Shown here: piece by piece, positions 8,765 to 18,621 of the stretch
Position numbering within the stretch: position 1 is the first letter of the stretch
Layout: each line of letters opens with the position of its first letter
Source: an uncultured virus (IMG/VR IMGVR_UViG_3300010352_000682)
Lineage: Duplodnaviria; Heunggongvirae; Uroviricota; Caudoviricetes
Reading direction: 5' to 3' (one strand)
IMG/VR virus record: IMGVR_UViG_3300010352_000682
Length of the DNA stretch: 64,000 bases
Position numbers and translations under genes: made by a program
Notes under the pieces: model-generated
The model's input: the letters and a program-made list of their open reading frames with translations, nothing else
The model's database searches: none
What the model was told of the DNA's origin: nothing

Positions 8765-9000
8765 TATAAAACTCCTTTAGCCCTTAATTTTGCATCTTTT
8801 CTTTGTTCCCAATATGGATGATCTTCAAATTTTACAAAAGCATCACATTGTTTTTTTAAACATTTATGATGTTTCATATTTTGTACAGTTAGTGCTCCCA
8901 TATGATTTTTACTAAAACACATGGCACACACATTTTCTGTACGCGCCCCATAAATAGTTTTATATTTTTTATTTGGAACCCGTATCATTATTTTAGCCAT
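8764..9000 (-). CDS. Small Cys/His-rich hypothetical protein
   Basis: Start placed after RBS AAGGTG; C...H.G.LT...H.CL.K.C pattern. Confidence 0.55.
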   Translation of the reverse strand: MAKIMIRVPNKKYKTIYGARTENVCAMCFSKNHMGALTVQNMKHHKCLKKQCDAFVKFEDHPYWEQRKDAKLRAKGVL

Positions 9001-9193
9001 TATAATGACACCTTGCTTTCTCGTCACTACCAGCTTTATAAAACACCGCACAATCTTTTTTTCCACATTCCATAAATACTCTACTCTCAATAAGTTTTTG
9101 TTGAGTAAAATTTTCTAGCGCTGTATCTTCTATAAAATCTCTGTTACATTGAGTAACCTGTTCTATATAACAAATATTATATGGACAAATCAA
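8993..9193 (-). CDS. Small Cys-rich hypothetical protein
   Basis: CPY...ECGKKDCAV...C. Confidence 0.5.
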   Translation of the reverse strand: MICPYNICYIEQVTQCNRDFIEDTALENFTQQKLIESRVFMECGKKDCAVFYKAGSDEKARCHYNG

Positions 9194-9531
9194 TCTATAT
9201 TCACCAACCTTTTAAAATCTTCCTCTGTAATAACATAATAATTATTTTGCTGCTCGGCTTCACCACCAAAATTAAATGCTAAAGCATATGAATCTTTATG
9301 TGTTGCAAATGCTTCCTCTCGTGCCTTATCTAACCACTCTCGCTTAATTGTAAATGTTTTCTTCTCTTGCATTTGTGTCTTTGCTTCTATAAGATACCGT
9401 GCTGTTAAAACATCTCCCAGAATAAATTTACCGGCCCCACTCATGGGCGTTCTTCTACCATCAACCGCTCTAGCTATGTATTGCTCTTGACGCTCGCTTA
9501 AATACTTTGTACAATCTTTATTATTTGTCAT
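9190..9531 (-). CDS. PD-(D/E)XK nuclease, Holliday junction resolvase-like
   Basis: QE.YIA, SGAG...GDV...LIEAKT motif. Confidence 0.7.
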   Translation of the reverse strand: MTNNKDCTKYLSERQEQYIARAVDGRRTPMSGAGKFILGDVLTARYLIEAKTQMQEKKTFTIKREWLDKAREEAFATHKDSYALAFNFGGEAEQQNNYYVITEEDFKRLVNID

Positions 9532-9563
9532 ATTAATACTTCACCACCAATCATAATGACATT

Positions 9564-9609
9564 ATTATATCACATAACCACTAAATAATCTATTGGCAAA
9601 ACACACAAA
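9564..9609 (-). promoter_or_regulatory. Promoter with abutting 17-bp box
   Basis: TAGATT-17-TATAAT (TG-extended) preceded by TTTGTGTGTTTTGCCAA. Confidence 0.6.
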
Positions 9610-9647
9610 ACACAATAAAAAATTTGTATATAAATACTAACAGAGGG

Positions 9648-10667
9648 TTATTTGCCCCCTGTTATATACTTTCCTATTTCATTTTTTATGAGCTTGTATG
9701 TATCCTCATTTTCAATTAGATACTTTATTACGTTTGGTCGCCCCTGACATTTTACTATCAGTTCTTTTGTTATAGGATTCATTATATTGAACCAAGCACC
9801 TGATTGTATAATAATTCCTATCTTTATGGCAAGGTCAACGGTATCAGTTAGATAATCAATACCATTATAATAACATAACGTATACTGACCGGTCTTTCTG
9901 TCATTAGGAAAACACTTACTCTTTATAACGGACATTTGTACATAATTACCAAAAGGATTCTCATATGTCTGATTTACTTTTGTATAATTTGTATCAAAAA
10001 AATCTCCGCGCTTAAATTCTATCCTCAAACTAGTGTTATGTTTCCAAGCCTTACCTCCTGTAGTAATTGTTCCACCAAATGCTGAACTTAAATTATCGCG
10101 CATTTGATTTATACCAATTATTGTACAACCATATTTATGACACAGTAATTCAGCTTTCTTGCTGAATGTTGTAAGGGGCATTGAAATACCCCCGTATGTT
10201 CTTTCACCGATATCCTTATCGTATGCCTGTTCTGAGAGCATTACACCCAAACTATCAATTACAACTAGACCAACTTCTCCTGTATCAATAGCATCAAGTA
10301 TAAACTGAAAAATTTCTTCTGCTGTTTGCGTTTCTGGTTTCATTATAAGTAATTCATCTGAATTTACTCCTAATTTAGCCGCCCACTTTGGATCATATGT
10401 ATTTTCTGCATCAACAAAAATAATCTTTTTATCGGTAAACATATTCTGCGCATTTGCACACACATCTAACGCTGTGGCAGTTTTACCACTACCCTCCGCA
10501 CCAAAAAACTCAATCAACCTGCCAATTGGTATTCCACCATATAAACAATAATTTGCTCTTGGAGAAGATAATGGAATAACATCAACATCATATGTTTTGA
10601 CACCAAACTGAACTATCTCGGATTTCCAATTTTTGTTAGCTTCCATACATACAGAATTAAGACTCAT
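9648..10667 (-). CDS. recA: RecA recombinase
   Basis: GGIPIGRLIEFFGAEGSGKT, FVDAE, VIDSL, INQMR, TTGGKAWKH. Confidence 0.92.
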   Translation of the reverse strand: MSLNSVCMEANKNWKSEIVQFGVKTYDVDVIPLSSPRANYCLYGGIPIGRLIEFFGAEGSGKTATALDVCANAQNMFTDKKIIFVDAENTYDPKWAAKLGVNSDELLIMKPETQTAEEIFQFILDAIDTGEVGLVVIDSLGVMLSEQAYDKDIGERTYGGISMPLTTFSKKAELLCHKYGCTIIGINQMRDNLSSAFGGTITTGGKAWKHNTSLRIEFKRGDFFDTNYTKVNQTYENPFGNYVQMSVIKSKCFPNDRKTGQYTLCYYNGIDYLTDTVDLAIKIGIIIQSGAWFNIMNPITKELIVKCQGRPNVIKYLIENEDTYKLIKNEIGKYITGGK

Positions 10668-10811
10668 TTTATGTTTTCAACCTTAACCTTTACGATATAT
10701 TTTCCATCAACATTATTCATACTAAATGAATCAACTCTATAATTATTGGCATCTACCCAAGTATCTAAATTTGTCATAACCGACATTAAATCATTTCCAA
10801 TAAATTTCATT

Positions 10812-11078
10812 TCAATTGTCTGCATTTATGTCTCCATATCTTATACCCTTCTCATATTCATCCACTCTATCATCAAACCATTTTGCCGTATTTAAGTATA
10901 TTAAATCGTTTGTGGATGCAAATAAACTTCTATACATATATGCAGATAACTTACAATAATTATAAACTTGTCTATCAGTAAATAATAATTTCATGTCAGA
11001 AAAAATGTACTCTTTTTCTGACATAGGAGTTGGTCTAAATTCATTTAAACAAAACTGACCATCACTTAATACTATCAT
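10812..11078 (-). CDS. Hypothetical protein
   Basis: Packed ORF overlapping the upstream gene by ATGA. Confidence 0.55.
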   Translation of the reverse strand: MIVLSDGQFCLNEFRPTPMSEKEYIFSDMKLLFTDRQVYNYCKLSAYMYRSLFASTNDLIYLNTAKWFDDRVDEYEKGIRYGDINADN

Positions 11079-11581
11079 CTTATTACCGTCCTTGATAATT
11101 CTTGTTCTGATGTTCGGCGCGTTAATATTTTTTTTAAGGCGCTTGCCATTTCACTCGCACGATCAACTTTATATTGATAAAACTTCAACGCTGTTGTATA
11201 ACACGTTTTTAACACATCATCATTCTGACACAGTAGTGCGGCTTTTGCTTTCTTATCGCCCATAGTGCCGCTAGAATCGTTATAGGCATTATTGAATGAT
11301 TCTTCACGAATCATTTTTGCAACGCTCTCTTGTAGCGTTATCAATTCAAGACCATTGCCCACCCAATACAGTATTGAATTGATATTCATTAACATTGTTT
11401 CAAGAACTGATGTTGGAATCTCATTATCTTCCATTAACATCTTATCTATTTGCATCATATAATCATCAAGTTGTCTACATTTATCATCAACAATATTACG
11501 AACAATTTCGTCAAGCAATTCTGTATTTTCTAATACTTTTTTTATTGATGGAGTAAAATCTCCTAATTTAAGATTAGACAT
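11075..11581 (-). CDS. Helical hypothetical protein, possibly a UvsY-like recombination mediator
   Basis: Coiled-coil character; between the RuvC and RecA genes. Confidence 0.45.
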   Translation of the reverse strand: MSNLKLGDFTPSIKKVLENTELLDEIVRNIVDDKCRQLDDYMMQIDKMLMEDNEIPTSVLETMLMNINSILYWVGNGLELITLQESVAKMIREESFNNAYNDSSGTMGDKKAKAALLCQNDDVLKTCYTTALKFYQYKVDRASEMASALKKILTRRTSEQELSRTVIR

Positions 11582-11762
11582 TTTTTATTCCTTTTGCTAA
11601 AGCACAAATAAATATAATAATTATCCAAATACCTAAAGCATATTTCCATGAAAATGTAAAATCAAAACAACACGCTGTCATAAAAAAGAAAAGTGCTGTA
11701 TTTAAAAATGTTACTATTCCGGAAATTATTACTATAAGTAAACTACCAAAAAATTCTTTCAT
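11574..11762 (-). CDS. Small two-TM membrane protein
   Basis: Two hydrophobic segments. Confidence 0.6.
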   Translation of the reverse strand: MKEFFGSLLIVIISGIVTFLNTALFFFMTACCFDFTFSWKYALGIWIIIIFICALAKGIKNV

Positions 11763-12208
11763 TTAAATTTTCTCCTGCCATATTCTGCAATCAATAATGC
11801 CTCTGCCATACCATCACTTTCTTTTTTACACTGTGATGTTGGATAAAATGATGTGTCAGGAAATAATCTGTGTGCAACTTCTATGGATTGTAACTTATCA
11901 CTACCAAGTGAAAAGTGTCTTTTCCAAACTATTGGCGGTATTTCCTGATATGGTATACCGCATGTTTCAAGCACACCTTTTATATATCCAAAATTTTTAC
12001 CAAAATTGAACATTGATGTTACGCCCTGTCCAGGCATTGCATGAACCTGTTCAAGAGCACACACCATATTATAATCCTCTGTACAATAGGCATAACAGAG
12101 ATCAATTAAATCTTTCTCAGAATATGGACGAACAATCAAACAATCATCAAATATGATCGCTATTCCACCTTTTAATCCAGGATCAATTCCCATATTACCA
12201 TTTTTCAT
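11759..12208 (-). CDS. RuvC-like Holliday junction resolvase
   Basis: GIDPGLKGGIA, LEQVHAMPGQGVTSMFNFG, P.VWK, DGMAEALLIA. Confidence 0.85.
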   Translation of the reverse strand: MKNGNMGIDPGLKGGIAIIFDDCLIVRPYSEKDLIDLCYAYCTEDYNMVCALEQVHAMPGQGVTSMFNFGKNFGYIKGVLETCGIPYQEIPPIVWKRHFSLGSDKLQSIEVAHRLFPDTSFYPTSQCKKESDGMAEALLIAEYGRRKFK

Positions 12209-12993
12209 TATAGTCCACCACAAACCTCCGTATATTTACAATAGGCACACTTATGTTTATTTTCTTCCTTATCTGGAATAATATCATTTTTAACATCGTT
12301 TGACACTTCATTAATCACACTAATAATATCATTTGCGGCTTCTTCTGTCGCCACAAAATGAAATGCTTTCTTATCAAGTGAATCTCTATTTTCATAAAGA
12401 TACAAAACATCTGGAATACCAAATGAAAGATAATATGTCACACCCTGAGGAATATGTTCTGGTCTAACATTCTTGTGTTCATAATATTTATGAGCCATTT
12501 CTGTTTTAATTTCAAGTATATAATACTTACCACAATATCTGATAATGCCGTCTGTAAGAAATGAAATATTATATCGCTTATTATAACACTTAGTTTCTAT
12601 ACCGGACTTTTCTATTATCTCTATGTCTGTAAGATTCCTATATTTTACAAAATCAGCTATATCTATAAATTCACAATCTATACCAAAATCTTTCATGGAG
12701 CAAATAGCTTCTTGTAATCTTATATGCCTATCTGTTCCACTTTCACATATACCAATTAAAGTATATGAACTTCGTCCTTCATCTTGTTTTGCACCGGTTA
12801 ATTGAAAATAAATGTTTCTTTTACATGAACCAATACTTGACGGTTTAAATGTTTTACTAGGAATCCTTTTATTCTTTTTATCAATACATTCAATTGTGTA
12901 TGATAAATCATTAACGAATGATTGCTCGACTGGTAGGGAGTTAGATGCACCCTCTACCAGTCGGATAATATTTTTTAAAGACTTACTCGACAT
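12208..12993 (-). CDS. PD-(D/E)XK Cas4-like exonuclease
   Basis: PSSIGSCKR, GTDRH, DGII...LEIKT, Q...Y, C-terminal CAYCKY..VC. Confidence 0.8.
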   Translation of the reverse strand: MSSKSLKNIIRLVEGASNSLPVEQSFVNDLSYTIECIDKKNKRIPSKTFKPSSIGSCKRNIYFQLTGAKQDEGRSSYTLIGICESGTDRHIRLQEAICSMKDFGIDCEFIDIADFVKYRNLTDIEIIEKSGIETKCYNKRYNISFLTDGIIRYCGKYYILEIKTEMAHKYYEHKNVRPEHIPQGVTYYLSFGIPDVLYLYENRDSLDKKAFHFVATEEAANDIISVINEVSNDVKNDIIPDKEENKHKCAYCKYTEVCGGL

Positions 12994-13196
12994 TTTTTTA
13001 CTACCTCCGGACATTTATTTTTCATATCCCACACTATTGTATAATCTCTAATCTGCTTATACCAATGTGTTGAAAAATAACTTGGAGCAATACCGCCACG
13101 GAAAGGAAATTTCTTATCCACATTATCAAATCCAAGTAACTTGAATTGATTATGTGCTACTGACCTTGCGAGTTTTCTAGGATGCACATACATCAT
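12975..13196 (-). CDS. Hypothetical protein
   Basis: Packed ORF with RBS GAGGT. Confidence 0.5.
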   Translation of the reverse strand: MMYVHPRKLARSVAHNQFKLLGFDNVDKKFPFRGGIAPSYFSTHWYKQIRDYTIVWDMKNKCPEVVKKCRVSL

Positions 13197-13206
13197 TTAT
13201 GCTACC

Positions 13207-13584
13207 TCAATTTCTCTGTGCTTCACTGAGTAACTTTTTGAGAATGTTATTATAATTACCTTTGTTATCAAACACACGCTTACAAATAGCCATTGAAAGA
13301 CCTTTTTCTTCATCCCAAAAATCACATTCATCACAGTGTACAACAGTCTTTGTATTATCTTTCCAAATAACGATTGTTGCACTATCATTAAAAATAACTC
13401 GTTTTGGTTCTGGAATAGTATATGATTTGATAACCTTTACTTCCTTAGTAGGACAATCTTGAGGAATTCTTGGCTTATCTGTAGGAGTTTCTTTAGTATA
13501 TTTGTCCACAAAACCAAATGATGCATCACACACATCAACCCAATTAATTTTTTCCTTCATCACATTAAAAATCTTTTCATTCAT
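13207..13584 (-). CDS. Conserved phage hypothetical protein
   Basis: RVIFNDSATIVIWKDNTKTVV.C...D.WDEEKGLSMAICKR, a motif I recognise from other phage proteins. Confidence 0.7.
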   Translation of the reverse strand: MNEKIFNVMKEKINWVDVCDASFGFVDKYTKETPTDKPRIPQDCPTKEVKVIKSYTIPEPKRVIFNDSATIVIWKDNTKTVVHCDECDFWDEEKGLSMAICKRVFDNKGNYNNILKKLLSEAQRN

Positions 13585-13588
13585 TACA

Positions 13589-14680
13589 TTAAACCTCCTG
13601 TAATGCCACAATTCTCGTTGTTAAATCATCTTTAAGAACAATGAATTTATTATTTCCAATACCCAATGAGATTGAATCATTTGTCATTGATTTAAGCTGT
13701 GCTTTTAACAGATTTACATTGATTCTAAACTGTGTATCTGGTGTCTTTGCTGAAATAAACATCTTTTCATTTGCGCACGAATTTACTGTAGTAAACTCAA
13801 TATGACCGTCCTCAATTTTAACATCAACACCGCCACTGTCATAGACACCAACAAACAAATTCATTCTATCAATAACATTAATCAAATCAGTCCTATCAAC
13901 TTCTATGTAATTTAGACCATCACAGTTAGTCTTGTAAAGATTTTGTATTGCTCCTATTGGATATTCAGAGATTTCATCCACCATTTCAGCACAATCAAAG
14001 CGCATTATATCATCATAAAAAGACCAAACACCGTTTTCATATTTATCAGCATTGATAACATCATCAAACTGACTTAACATATCAAGTGTCTCCGGACTAA
14101 ACATTGTCGCACTATGAGAAAATGTTGCTATGTTACTTAAACAAATTGAAATAGAATTTGTTGAAACATTAAAATCCTTACTGAAATAATACCCAAATAG
14201 TGTGGGCATAACCTTTTGATTTGTAGGCAATGACGCTCTATGAAGTTTTGCTATATCTCTTACCATGTCGGCATATATTTCCTCATGGTCAATTTTTTTA
14301 TTGCTCTGTATGATATCAGGCATATCAATCTTATTTCCACTATCTGTTCTTGCTGGGATTGTATATTTTCCAGTATCACTAATAATGACTAAACTTTCGT
14401 CTGTACACTTAAATTTTAATATTTCACAATCGAGCTTATATACAAGTTTCTGCAATACATCTATATCAACCACGATTGAAAAATCTGTGTCATTTGGTTC
14501 ATCTACTGCACAACACATTGTAAATACACTTGTTGCATTTGTTGTAGAAATAGCCAAAAAATCTTTATTTTTTTGAGATATCTTACACATTTCAGTAATA
14601 GGTACAAATCCATTTATCACAGATTCTTTTACAACCTTACTGAGTACGGACTTTAGTGTTGCTGTTTGTATTGTTACCAT
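13589..14680 (-). CDS. dnaN: DNA sliding clamp (beta/DnaN-like)
   Basis: 363 aa with the three-repeat pattern (STTN, STN, YP...DLINVIDRM, FRIN..LL, C-terminal RIVAL); clamp loader genes nearby. Confidence 0.72.
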   Translation of the reverse strand: MVTIQTATLKSVLSKVVKESVINGFVPITEMCKISQKNKDFLAISTTNATSVFTMCCAVDEPNDTDFSIVVDIDVLQKLVYKLDCEILKFKCTDESLVIISDTGKYTIPARTDSGNKIDMPDIIQSNKKIDHEEIYADMVRDIAKLHRASLPTNQKVMPTLFGYYFSKDFNVSTNSISICLSNIATFSHSATMFSPETLDMLSQFDDVINADKYENGVWSFYDDIMRFDCAEMVDEISEYPIGAIQNLYKTNCDGLNYIEVDRTDLINVIDRMNLFVGVYDSGGVDVKIEDGHIEFTTVNSCANEKMFISAKTPDTQFRINVNLLKAQLKSMTNDSISLGIGNNKFIVLKDDLTTRIVALQEV

Positions 14681-14691
14681 GTTATTCCTTT

Positions 14692-15645
14692 CTAAAACAG
14701 AGAAATAGTTTTAGGTATCATAACATCTTTTTGTGTTATACAATAAAACTTTTCTCTTCCTTCACCACGACCAACAAGATAGCTCTCGACTTCTTCGACA
14801 TTAAATCTATCAGAACAAATAGAATACATTGTTTTGGCCAAAGGATACTTTCTTTCTCCAACATTTAAGATAAAAGCACCATTTATCAATGATATTGTTT
14901 TTAATATAAAAGGCTCATAAAATCCTTTTACCCAATCATCATATGTATGATACCTATTAAGACTATTTGTTTCTTCATCAGAATAATCTTCTGTGTCATA
15001 ATATGGTGGTGAAGTCAATGCCATATCAAACTCTCCACTAATATCTGCATCTTCATATGGAGTACATTTCACTTCAAAGTTAAATGTCGGTTGAAGCATG
15101 TGTAACCAATCACCTAATCTGCAAAGACCGTCATATGTTCTTGTAGACGGCTCACAGCCTATGTATGTCGAATTAGGTATCGTGGCACAACCTATCATTC
15201 TACCACCCCAGCCGCAACACGGGTCTAGTATTTTCATATGTTCGATATTTGATTCATTATACTTTAGATATATCTTTCGTGCCACATATGGTGGAAACTC
15301 TGCTATTGCTGGTATTCCATTGTACCCACGTTGTGTTGCCCAATAAAATGTATCATCCTTTGCCTGTGTATACTTATGCGCCCATATTCTTGCCAATCCT
15401 TCTCTGTAATGCTCGTCACTCAAACCACTATAAAGAGTATGACCAAAGTTGTTCTGTACGCCTTTTGTGTCTAATCTATGTGGGTTAAACAAAAGTGATA
15501 TTCTATTTCCACACCGCTCACCATTACACAATTTATTAAATTCATCAACTGCTGTAGGAACATTAATAAACAATTCGGCAAACTCTTGAAGTGACAAGTC
15601 TTTCAAATATGTATCAATTATTTGTAAAAGTATTTCTTTATCCAC
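14692..15645 (-). CDS. DNA methyltransferase (N4-C/N6-A class)
   Basis: SAM-binding ILDPCCGWGGR and catalytic TSPPYY. Confidence 0.85.
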   Translation of the reverse strand: MDKEILLQIIDTYLKDLSLQEFAELFINVPTAVDEFNKLCNGERCGNRISLLFNPHRLDTKGVQNNFGHTLYSGLSDEHYREGLARIWAHKYTQAKDDTFYWATQRGYNGIPAIAEFPPYVARKIYLKYNESNIEHMKILDPCCGWGGRMIGCATIPNSTYIGCEPSTRTYDGLCRLGDWLHMLQPTFNFEVKCTPYEDADISGEFDMALTSPPYYDTEDYSDEETNSLNRYHTYDDWVKGFYEPFILKTISLINGAFILNVGERKYPLAKTMYSICSDRFNVEEVESYLVGRGEGREKFYCITQKDVMIPKTISLF

Positions 15646-17844
15646 TTACATACTCCATGACCTCATTGCTTCTACGTCACACACTGTCTTGATTGGTAAA
15701 TCCTTAGCTGCTTCTACCATACAATCAGAAAACAACCTTGAACATTCTTCAACACTTTCTTCTGGACACTCACCAATTAATTCATCATGTACTTGCAATA
15801 ATAATCTAAATCCTAACTCATTTAATCTTTTATTATTTACAATCAATCGCATGGCTATTTTTGTCTGATCAGCAGCACTACCCTGTATGCGAGAATTAAC
15901 ACACTGTCTTTCAGCCTGTGATATTTTTTTTGTATTGTCTATCACATATACTCCATCAAGATTTATTTTCTGGAATACTGGCTTCTTATAACCGCTACAA
16001 TGATTTATCATTTTGATATATTTACTTGCAACCTCTTGTGAAACAGGTTCATTTGTTTTGGAATAGTAAAACTCATACATAGGTAAACTAAAATCTGGTA
16101 ATCTTCTTTTTCTTCCCCAAAAAGTAGTTACATAACCTTTTGTATATGCCATATTTTCAGATTCTTCTTTAAATGGAAGTAATCTTGTATAAGCATCAAA
16201 AACTCGTTTGTTTATCTCCTTAGCCTTTTCTTCTGGTACTCCCAAACCTTCTGCAACAGTTGCTATCCCTGCGCCATATGTAATGCCTAACATAACTTTC
16301 TTTGCGGCTTTTCTTCTTTTTTTACCCTCTTTGTTCACCGTACCATCTGCATGAAACTCTTTACATTCATCATATGGCACATCATAAGCAATAGAAGCTA
16401 TTGAAACATATGGGTCAATACCATTATTATACTCATATATCATTCTTTCATCACCAGACATACAAGCTGTAAGTCTGGGTTCCTGCGCTGAATAGTCTGA
16501 TGAAAGCATTATATATCCATCTGACGCGGTAAACATTGTTCTTATTTCTGCATTCTTACTAGGAATATTTTGAAGATTTGGATTACTACTTGAAAATCTT
16601 CCTGTATCTGTACCTAATTGATTAAATTCTCCGTGTACCCTACCATCACGTCTTGCACACTCTGCCATTTTATCAATATAAGTAGAAATTAATTTTGCAT
16701 ATCCTCTATATTCAAGTATTGCTATTGCAAGTGGATGATCTATTGCTGAAAGAGTTTCTTCGTCAACTGGTCGTTTTACCTTTCCTGTAAATCTATCAAC
16801 CTGTGGCTTTAGCAATTTCAATTCATCATAAAATAACTTTACTAATTGTTGCGGACTTGATATAGAATATTCATTATCTGTATAATCATTTAGTATTGAA
16901 TAGAATTTATGTTCTGCATCATTTTGCAATATATGGTATCTTTCTGATAACTGTTGTTGCACTGTAAAATCAAATTTAACACCTAGGTCTTCCATATCTG
17001 CAACGGCATTTACTATTGGCATTTCTATGTTCCAGAAAACATTAGATACTCCTTCAAGTTCTTGCTCTATACATTCTTCTGTTCCAATAGTAAGATAAGG
17101 AAGTTGAAATTCATAAAATTCATAGGTTATTTGTGCATCCCTAGCTGCGTACAGATAACCAGTATCTATCGGCACCAAATCAAATTGTATATCTTCAAAA
17201 AGTTCTCCATAAGAAAATGCATCTTGCTCACCGCCAAGAACATATTTCTTGTGTAGTGCTTTTAATCCTCTATCGCCAACAGGCTCATTTTCATTTAACA
17301 ATCGGCTTGCTATATATGTATCAAAATAAGGAATAAATATTACACCCACCGTATTTTTTAATACTCTTACATCAAACTTTGCATTAAACCAAACGGTTTT
17401 TACATTGTTATCAATAAGTCTCTGTAATTGTTCTCTGACAATTTTAACAGATAATTGATGATCTGTTATTAATCCGGTTATATATGATTTATGATTAATT
17501 GGAATATAACAAGCCTTGTTACCCGGAGTAAATAAACTGAACCCAACTATATCACATGATAGTGGGTCAAGTCCAGTAGTCTCTGTGTCGATTGCCACAA
17601 TATTATTCGCTATACAATCATCTATATATGAAATTAACTGAGCTTCGTCTGTAATACATAAATATAAATTTCTCTTGTCTCCAAGATACTTTTCAATATT
17701 GTCTTTCATTGTGGCAATCTTCTGCGCTAAGTTTTTAGTGCCTTTGATAGAAACTACAGGACTTCTTGCTTTACTGGCTTTTGAAATAACTGCTTTATCT
17801 GCAATAATATTATTTTTTATTGGTAAATCAAAAAGTCCTGTCAT
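15646..17844 (-). CDS. polA: Family A DNA polymerase with 3'-5' exonuclease
   Basis: AIDTETTGLD, FNAKFD, TGRFSSSNPNLQNIP, DYSAQEPR, R.AAK...GITYG, IQGSAAD, QVHDEL. Confidence 0.95.
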   Translation of the reverse strand: MTGLFDLPIKNNIIADKAVISKASKARSPVVSIKGTKNLAQKIATMKDNIEKYLGDKRNLYLCITDEAQLISYIDDCIANNIVAIDTETTGLDPLSCDIVGFSLFTPGNKACYIPINHKSYITGLITDHQLSVKIVREQLQRLIDNNVKTVWFNAKFDVRVLKNTVGVIFIPYFDTYIASRLLNENEPVGDRGLKALHKKYVLGGEQDAFSYGELFEDIQFDLVPIDTGYLYAARDAQITYEFYEFQLPYLTIGTEECIEQELEGVSNVFWNIEMPIVNAVADMEDLGVKFDFTVQQQLSERYHILQNDAEHKFYSILNDYTDNEYSISSPQQLVKLFYDELKLLKPQVDRFTGKVKRPVDEETLSAIDHPLAIAILEYRGYAKLISTYIDKMAECARRDGRVHGEFNQLGTDTGRFSSSNPNLQNIPSKNAEIRTMFTASDGYIMLSSDYSAQEPRLTACMSGDERMIYEYNNGIDPYVSIASIAYDVPYDECKEFHADGTVNKEGKKRRKAAKKVMLGITYGAGIATVAEGLGVPEEKAKEINKRVFDAYTRLLPFKEESENMAYTKGYVTTFWGRKRRLPDFSLPMYEFYYSKTNEPVSQEVASKYIKMINHCSGYKKPVFQKINLDGVYVIDNTKKISQAERQCVNSRIQGSAADQTKIAMRLIVNNKRLNELGFRLLLQVHDELIGECPEESVEECSRLFSDCMVEAAKDLPIKTVCDVEAMRSWSM

Positions 17845-17857
17845 TTTCTACCCCATA

Positions 17858-18505
17858 TTAAAACTTTCGTTGTGGCGGTTGCCTACGTGCAACTGTTACT
17901 GGTCGATCTGTTTCTGGATTACGTGCTGAACGATCAACAGGCTTTGGTGTTTCTGTACTAAACCTACCTGTGCTAACATATTCAACAAGTTCATCAAAGG
18001 TCTTATCCATAATAACAGTGCCAAGCGCCTGAGGAATATCTGGCAAATCTTCAAGTGTTGTTGAATCTGCTGTTGTTGGATAAAATGTATATGTAGTACC
18101 CATATCACCCTTACGTCCGTGACGTTCAACTTCAATTGGCATACTCACAAGAGGATTATACCGACCACAAAGACCACTAAGCTGACCTGCAAATTTCTTT
18201 CCGCGTTGCCAAATCTGAGCTTCTCCATCTTTTTCATTATACACAGGTATGTATAATTTAACTTGTTGTTTTAAACCTGCGCGACACAGAGGACAATTAT
18301 CAACAGATTCATCATATGACCTGAGACAATTCACAACACGTTTCTTGTCACCAACATCAATTTCATGTACCACCGAGAATTGTACATCCTCAACTGAATT
18401 ATACATGAATCTGATTGTTGCTGTATCTCCTTCATCCTCAAGTTTGAAAAAATTACTGCCACCATTTGCATAGTTGTCAACATCGTTGATTCCACAATTA
18501 CCCAT
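17858..18505 (-). CDS. Single-stranded DNA-binding protein (gp32-like)
   Basis: FFKL.DEGD.ATIRF, H...C...CPLC zinc motif, R.G.KGD..TTY. Confidence 0.7.
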   Translation of the reverse strand: MGNCGINDVDNYANGGSNFFKLEDEGDTATIRFMYNSVEDVQFSVVHEIDVGDKKRVVNCLRSYDESVDNCPLCRAGLKQQVKLYIPVYNEKDGEAQIWQRGKKFAGQLSGLCGRYNPLVSMPIEVERHGRKGDMGTTYTFYPTTADSTTLEDLPDIPQALGTVIMDKTFDELVEYVSTGRFSTETPKPVDRSARNPETDRPVTVARRQPPQRKF

Positions 18506-18552
18506 AATTTTTTACTCCTTTTTATAGTATTTTATCTCTTTTGGGTATATTT

Positions 18553-18598
18553 ATTATATCATATTTAATAACAATTGTATATTGACATAATAACTAAA
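18553..18598 (-). promoter_or_regulatory. Promoter with abutting 17-bp box
   Basis: TATACA-17-TATAAT (TG-extended) preceded by TTTAGTTATTATGTCAA. Confidence 0.6.
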
Positions 18599-18621
18599 AA
18601 TAATTTACTTTTTTAGTTAAT

